From Neoechinorhynchus agilis (taxonomy: Eukaryota > Animalia > Acanthocephala), in the NCBI GenBank assembly GCA_051530055.1, contig JBMGUZ010000060.1, positions 1-16,359 of the forward strand: a stretch of 16,359 bases of DNA. The letters run 5' to 3'. Below the pieces are notes generated by a model. That model searched no databases. It saw only the letters and a list, made by a program, of their open reading frames with translations, and was not told the origin of the DNA. Each line of letters begins with the position of its first letter. Positions within the stretch are counted from its first letter, which is position 1. A program made the position numbers and the translations under genes. Shown here piece by piece: positions 9,737 through 16,359 of this stretch.

Positions 9737-9787
9737 ACTTTTCCTCTCTCAAAAAGCGACTTTTTCAACATTCGTTAAAACAGTTTG

Positions 9788-10250
9788 GCGGATAAACTAA
9801 AAAAACCCAATGTGATTTATCCAGATTTTAAAGCTGAACTACACACATCAAAGTTCTCAACATTCAAGGGAGGGGAAAGTGGTTAAAAAAAGGCAAAATT
9901 GAGGTAGAAATCCATAATTTTTGTTTTGTTGTTTAAATTACAAAGTAGAACGTCGCTCATTAGAATAAATTTGGACCAAACACCATTCAAACAAGAGATT
10001 TTTAGCGGAAAAACCGAAAATCCAATGAGATTTTTAGTTTTTAAACCTGGACTACAAATATCAAAGTTCTAAACATTCGAGGGGGGGAAGTGGTTAAAAA
10101 AGGCAAAATTGAGGTAGAAATCCATAATTTTTGTTTTATTGTTTAAATTACAAAGTAGAACGTCGCTCATTAGAATAAATTTGGACCAAACATCATTCGA
10201 AGAAGAGATTTTTAGCGGATAAACCGAAAATCCAATGAGATTTTTAGTTT
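9788..10250. repeat. Direct tandem duplication, ~213-bp unit, ~2.2 copies
   Basis: atcaaagttct occurs at 9847 and 10060, gcgga(t/a)aaac at 9788, 10005 and 10215, and AATAAA at 9964 and 10174. Confidence 0.93.
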
Positions 10251-10251
10251 G

Positions 10252-10646
10252 TATACTGGCAGCGTTCCCTCTTGAGCGCGGTTCCCCCGTCAACCTTTTC
10301 GTCCCAATTCGTCGAGGAAAGTGAGCGCTGACGGTCCCAAGGCTCCATACGTTTCCACGGCGAAAGGGACGAAATGGTAATTCCTTTGGAGCTCTCTATA
10401 TTTTGAACGCTTTCGTTCCTCAGCTACGACCGCTGAACCTCCAGGGCTCTTTTTTAGAAAAAGGGAAAATTACTGGGTCGCATCCCATAAAAGCGGTTTT
10501 CCCTCCCGCCAGGTCGCCAGCTTTCTAGGCGGCATAAATTACTCGGACGGAATCTAGAGCTCTACTCAAAATTGAGTTCAAGTCAGCCATTAGCGTCAAC
10601 TATAGATCCGCAGCGATGCGGCGACCCTCCTGCGATTATCGCTCAA
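10252..10646 (-). mobile_element. Degenerate 3' fragment of a CRE-like non-LTR retrotransposon (zinc-knuckle / restriction-like endonuclease region)
   Basis: Colinear minus-strand motifs across several frames: LSDNRRRVAASLR / HRCGSIVDANG (~10646-10586), DLNSILSRALDS (10584-10549), WREGKPLLWDATQ*...PGGSAVVAEERKRSKYRELQRNYHFVPFAVETYGALGPSALTFLDELGRK (10511-10296, one frame, one internal stop), then TGEPRS-RGNAASI (ends 10252). They follow the order of the recalled CRE-clade consensus: LN.I..RAL, W..GK.L.WD.T, AE..K..KY..L, F.PFA.ET.G, QRGNA. Confidence 0.82.
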
Positions 10647-10648
10647 AT

Positions 10649-13600
10649 TTAATGAAAATCAGATATTTCATGTTCATCATTACCGATCGCTGAGTAATTC
10701 CATCTCTCTGGTTTGGCTGATCCGAATATTATAAAGACTAAACCGCCAAAAATCATGATTGCCGCCGTTACTCCAAATACGTTTTTCCAACCATCGGGCT
10801 ATGTTACAGAACAGTTTTTGGACTAAATTAAAAGAGTCAAGAACCTACATTATTGGCAGTAAGCGACGAAGCAATATACGGACTAACGATCCCTGGAATT
10901 GTCGCCATTGTATTGGAGATTCCAAATAAGGTTCCCGCGTAGTAAGGTGATAAATCGTTTGGGTTGCACACAAGACCAGCGCCCCATCCAAAACCCCTAA
11001 GAGATACCGGCATTTAAAATCGCGTTTTTTGAACATAAAGCAGTCGAAATCTTTAATATTGGAGATGATTAATTTACAATGACTGATGAGACGAGGTGTC
11101 ACATTTAATCAAACTATTGTAAAAGTAGAAGCTCGTTGAAAGGCGTTAGGCTTTCTAACAAGCGTGGAAACTTAACAGTAACCTGGTAAAAGATCTTATA
11201 AATTCCAAAAAATGAACAACGCTCACAAAAGATGCGATCAACTCCCTCGCTTTTAAATTTCAAAAATTCTAAGTGCCTCCCAACGTTTTCTATCCTTTTA
11301 GTTCCTAGCACAAATCTCTACCTTCGCTCTTCCTAACCGTTCAATCCTTCAAATTGATTCGGAGGAAAGAACGGAAATCAACAACCTTGCAATTTAACGT
11401 TTTGGAGCTGCAAAGATAGAACAATAAAAAAACCCTTCGAAATCAGGTTCGGTGGCTTGTATTTTCCTTGAAATACAACTTGATATTCCTCTACTTTGAA
11501 TAATACCGGAGGAAATTCTGCAGCTATTTCTTCAGCAAATCAGTGTACGAAGCCAGGCCTATTGAATTTATGGAGCCAATCAAAGAACGAGCTTTAGGGA
11601 ACTCAAAAAATCAACCGTTACATTAATTCGAATATTCATCTACTTTGAACAATGAAACGTTTTAATATAACTTCATTTCTTTAATATTCAAAATTTATTT
11701 TGTATTCTTTAAGGCTTAGCCATTACATTTTGAATTTATGGGCATTCGACTTTCTCTTCGACGTTGTTTGTTAATATGAATAATCTTATAAAAGTTTTTG
11801 CCGTTTAAAATCATAATTAAATGCCATTTGAAAAACACTGGACGATGTTCTCAAATCGTTTTTAATCGAAAAAATTATTTACCCGGGTGAAGGGGGTTCA
11901 TCATTAGTTTATAACAATAATTAGAGATTAGACTGTGCTTTTTAAAGACTTGAAAGCGTTTTTTAATATCTAACAAACTAATGATGAACTGGACGAGTTT
12001 CGTAGTACCTTGGTTAAAACTGTTAAGCAATAATCCTAATCACCTATTCCTCACATATCGAAACTCTAATTTGGTTTATAATTAATCAAATCGAAAATTG
12101 AAGTAATCTTTGCATCTAGAATTTCTAATATAATTCCTTTAAATAATTATCCGTAAAAAATCGTTTATTCTTTTAAAAATCTGAGTTGGGCACGATGAAA
12201 CTCATTTTAAAGGAAATATAACCAACTAAAAAATGCTATAAAGATTAGCATTATTGTTTAGAAGTCCTCAACCCGGTAAATAATTTGTTCATTAAAAGCG
12301 ATTTGCAACCTCTTCGGTTCATCATTAGTTTGTTAGTGTCTATTAACAACAACAAACTAATGATGAAGTGGACGAGTTTCGTAGATCGTTTTTAATGAAA
12401 AAATTGTTTACCTAAGTTAAAACTGTTAAGCAATAATCCTAATCACCTCTTCCTCACATATCGAAACTCTAATTTGGTTTATAATTAATCAGATCGAAAA
12501 TTGAAGATAATCTTTGCATCTAGAATTTCTAATATAATTCCTTTTAAATAATTATCCGTAAAAAATCGTTTATTCTTTTAAAAATCTGAGTTGGGCACGA
12601 TGAAACTCATTTTAAAGGAAATATAACACAATCTAAAAAATGCTATAAAGATTAGCATTATTGTTTAGAAGTCCTCAACCCGGGTAAATAATTTGTTCGA
12701 TTAAAAGCGATTTGCGAACCTCTTCGGCTTCATCATTAGTTTGTTAGTGTCTATTAAAAACCAACAAACTAATGATGAAGTGGACGAGTTTCGTAGATCG
12801 TTTTTAATCGAAAAATTGTTTACCTAAGTTAAAACTGTTAAGCAATAATCCTAATCACCTCTTCCTCACATATCGAAACTCTAATTTGGTTTATAATTAA
12901 TCAGATCGAAAATTGAAGATAATCTTTGCATCTAGAATTTCTAATATAATTCCTTTTAAATAATTATCCGTAAAAAATCGTTTATTCTTTTAAAAATCTG
13001 AGTTGGGCACGATGAAACTCATTTTAAAGGAAATATAACACAATCTAAAAAATGCTATAAAGATTAGCATTATTGTTTAGAAGTCCTCAACCCGGGTAAA
13101 TAATTTGTTCGATTAAAAGCGATTTGCGAACCTCTTCGGCTTCATCATTAGTTTGTTAGTGTCTATTAAAAACCAACAAACTAATGATGAAGTGGACGAG
13201 TTTCGTAGATCGTTTTTAATCGAAAAAATTGTTTACCTAAGTTAAAACTGTTAAGCAATAATCCTAATCACCTCTTCCTCACATATCGAAACTCTAATTT
13301 GGTTTATAATTAATCAGATCGAAAATTGAAGGTAATCTTTGCATCTAGAATTTCTAATATAATTCCTTTTAAATAATTATCCGTAAAAAATCGTTTATTC
13401 TTTTAAAAATCTGAGTTGGGCACGATGAAACTTATTTTAAAGGAAATATAACGCAAACTAAAAAATGCTATAAAGATTAGCATTATTGTTTAGAAGTCCT
13501 CAACCCGGGTAAATAATTTGTTCTATTAAAAGCGATTTGCGAACCTCTTCGGCTTCATCATTAGTTTGTTAGTGTCTATTAAAAACCAACAAACTAATGA

Positions 13601-14908
13601 TGAACTGGACGAGTTTCGTAGATCGTTTTTAATGGGAAAAAAATTATTTACCCGGGTGAAGACGTCTAAATTTTCTTTCTAGAATTGCCCAAATTTACAA
13701 AAAATCTTTAAAAGGATATTTTTAAAATTGCAACATACGAACATTGCTCCCTGTGCAAATGAGAGTAATACGACTGCTATTGTTCTATTGTTACATGTGA
13801 TATATCCTAATCCGATAAGAAAAGCAGCAGGAATGAAAAGACCTTATTTGGTTTAGTTCTCGATTGTTTTAGAACCACAAAAACCCAACTTATTGATATT
13901 GCCACTTTCCTGACGAGCGTTCTTGATTTAACAATATTCTTCTTAAGTACATAATCGGCTAAATAGCTTGAAATGATGACCATTATCCATGTTACGATGT
14001 ATGGAATGGCTGTTAGGACACCGTTCTAGACCGCAGAGACTTAGTTTTATCCAAAGAAATCATTACAGACCTGCTTAATATCGTAGTTTAGTACACTTTT
14101 CATATAGGAAGGCGTTTCTGTAAGTAGAGTAAACAACCCGTAATTTGATCCCCAATGACAAACAAACAATGCCCAACAACGACGAGAAGTGAGCATGTTT
14201 TTCCACGGGATTTTCGCGCTTTTTGCATGCTTATGATCTAGCATTTTAGCCTTAATGTATCCGATTTCCTTATTTGATATTATCCATGAATTCTCAGGCT
14301 TGTCTCGGTAAATAATCAGCCATAGTATCAACCACACGGTTTCAAGTATACCTTAAAGATTTCAAAAAAAAATTAAACGACAAAGATTTACTACCTATTA
14401 GATAAAATAAACTCGGCCAACCGTCAGGGTGAAAGCCGTTGGTACATAAGTATCCGGCAATTGGAAGGATTATCATCGGTGCCAATTGTGAACCTTTATG
14501 AAAAGCTTTAATCTTATTGAAATCACACTTTTCACTCACCAGTCATCGCTATCCCAATCAAAAAACTACGCTCATTTGTAGGAGCCCACGTTGTCCATAC
14601 GTGAGAAATCGCTGGTAATATACCACCCTTAAAGACTTTAGTCATTCTAACCAATCTAATGATTTTGAACTTACACATCCGATTCCAATAATAATTCTTA
14701 GAACAAACAGCCATACGTGACTGCTTCGAGCAGCGGATGCGAGGTGCAATGATCCAATTATGTTCAATAGCATCAATACAGCAAGTACTTTCTTTGATCC
14801 GTATTTCGAAGCCAACAATCCTCCTGGGATTTGTGAAATTATGTAACCGTAGAAAAAGGCGGCCAATATATTCGATTGAATCCCTTTACTCCATATAAAA
14901 GGACCATC
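10649..14908 (-). CDS. SLC17-family (sialin/VGLUT/NPT-like) MFS anion transporter, 5'-partial; exons 14908-14675, 14627-14540, 14493-14395, 14351-14071, 14025-13890, 13842-13743, 10996-10849, 10798-10649
   Basis: All junctions are GT-AG and phase-consistent (1236 nt, 411 aa plus stop). Family motifs include FIWSKGIQSNILAAFFYGYIISQIPGG, WAPTNERS, GWPSLFY, IPWKNMLTS, TLLTETPSYMKSVL, NPNDLSPYYAGTLFGISNTMATIPGIVSP and W..VF...A. Introns are 43-50 nt except one of 2746 nt (10997-13742). The exact paralog cannot be assigned. The start exon(s) probably lie beyond the window. Confidence 0.93.
11838..13661. repeat. Intronic tandem array, ~412-bp unit (~4 copies), each with a ~155-bp imperfect palindrome
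   Basis: ctaatgatgaa occurs at 11978, 12357, 12769, 13181 and 13594 (spacings 379, 412, 412, 413). Perfect 18-bp stem cttcatcattagtttgtt / aacaaactaatgatgaag with a 17-nt loop, e.g. 12728-12780. Confidence 0.97.
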
Positions 14909-15039
14909 CTAGGCAAGGTACATCAATGGAGGTTTTATTACTAAACGACTCGGATATTCATTTTATACTTTAGTTTTTTGAAATTTATAAAAATATCTTT
15001 GATTTTAATGAAGCGTTAAAAACCGGCCAAAGACACAGC

Positions 15040-16359
15040 AACAAATTGACTTGTGCTTTCCCCCCCACCCGCTGAAATTATCTGCTTTTTTATACAAAAA
15101 CCTAAAAAGACATTGAACATAAAAAAAAGGTAACCAAAAACCGATTGAAACGGTTAGAAATTGCAACAAAGTTGTTCATTTCCCCGATGAAATTATCTGC
15201 TTTTTATACAAAGACTCGAAAAGACATTGAACATAAAAAAACGGCAACCAAAAACTGAGATCCGAGGTTCAAAACTCTTTTTTTTCATGTGAATTTTTTG
15301 GAAACGTTTAGAATTTGCAACAAATTTGTTCTTTTCCCCGCAGGAATTTTCGCTTTTTACATACAAAGACTCAAAAAGACATTGAACATAAAAACGGCAA
15401 CCAAAAACCGAGATCCAAAGTTCAAAACTCTCATTTTTTCATGTGAATTTTTTGAAACGTTTAGAATTTGCAACAAATTTGTGCTTTTCCCCGCAGGAAT
15501 TTTCGCTTTTTACATACAAAGACTCAAAAAGACATTGAACATAAAAAACGGCAACCAAAAACCGAGATCCAAAGTTCCAAACTCTAATTTTTCATGTGAA
15601 TTTTTTTGAAACGTTTAAAATTTGCAACAAAGTTGTACTTTTCCCCGCTGGAATTTTCGCTTTTTATACAAAGACTCGAAAAGACATTGAACATAAAAAA
15701 CGGCAACCAAAAACCGAGATCCAAAGTTCCAAGCTCTCATGTTTTCATGTGAATTTTTCGGAAACGTTTAGAATTTGCAATAAAAAACCGAGATCCAAAG
15801 TTCCAAACTCTTAATTTTTCATGTGAATTTTTTTAAACGTTTAGAATTTGCAATGAAAAACCGAGATCCAAAGTTCCAAACTCTCATTTTTTCACGTGAG
15901 TTTTTTTAAAACGTTTAGAATTTGCAACAAAGTTGTTGATTTCCCCCCTGAAATTTTCGCTTTTTATATACAAAGACTCGAAAAGACATTAAACATAAAA
16001 AAACGGCAACCAAAAACCGAGATCCAAAGTTCCAAGCTCTCATTTTTTCATGTGAATTTTTTTAAAACGTTTAAAATTTGCAACAAAGTTGTACTTTTCC
16101 CCGCTGGAATTTTCGCTTTTTACATACAAAGACTCGAAAAGACATTGAACATAAAAAAACGGCAACCAAAAACCGAGATCCAAAGTTCCAAACTCTCATT
16201 TTTTCATGTGAATTTTTTGAAACGTTTAGAATTTGCAATAAAAAACCGAGATCCAAAGTTCCAAACTCTAATTTTTCATGTGAATTTTTTTAAAACGTTT
16301 AGAATTTGCAACAAATTTGTGCTTTTTCCCGCTGGAATTTTCGCTTTTTACATACAAAG
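15040..16359. repeat. Satellite-like array of mixed long (153-156 bp) and short (73-74 bp) units, running off the right edge
   Basis: aaacgttta occurs at 15302, 15455, 15609, 15762, 15835, 15909, 16065, 16220 and 16293 (spacings 153, 154, 153, 73, 74, 156, 155, 73). Diverged edge copies lie at ~15040-15290. Confidence 0.97.

Noticed and set aside
10000-10075. Shared words between the 213-bp repeat and the terminal satellite (aaaaaccga..atcc; caaagttc.aaac)
   Set aside because: The matches are short, A-rich and differently spaced, which is insufficient to claim common origin without a statistical alignment.
10845-11102. 85-aa ORF, and the ORF extensions at 14047-14866
   Set aside because: These are wrong-frame or intron read-through versions of SLC17 exons; the spliced model explains them.
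15289-16293. ORFs of 61-106 aa in the terminal array
   Set aside because: These are satellite translations, with frames shifting at homopolymer length changes.

Overview
AT-rich, compact eukaryotic (animal-like) genomic DNA read with the standard code; most introns are 43-50 nt. Three genes are well supported: intronless TSG101/Vps23 (-, 2939-4033), two-exon SPCS1 (+, 9370-9736) and a multi-exon SLC17/sialin-like anion transporter (-, 10649-14908, 5' exons not found). Two further spliced genes are only tentatively modelled (+ 4226-6088; - 6281-8438). About 45% of the window is tandem or direct repeat from six apparently unrelated families (units of about 324, 40, 192/386, 213, 412 and 154/73 bp), several of which fill introns. 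Signals missing from the ORF track include a deletion-riddled remnant of a CRE-like (RLE-endonuclease) non-LTR retrotransposon abutting the SLC17 stop codon, a nested foldback element (8504-8927), and an intronic array whose units each carry a ~155-bp palindrome. All alignments and gene models were made by eye, without database searches. I see no firm evidence for a wholly new system; the best lead is a recurring link between palindromes and tandem amplification.
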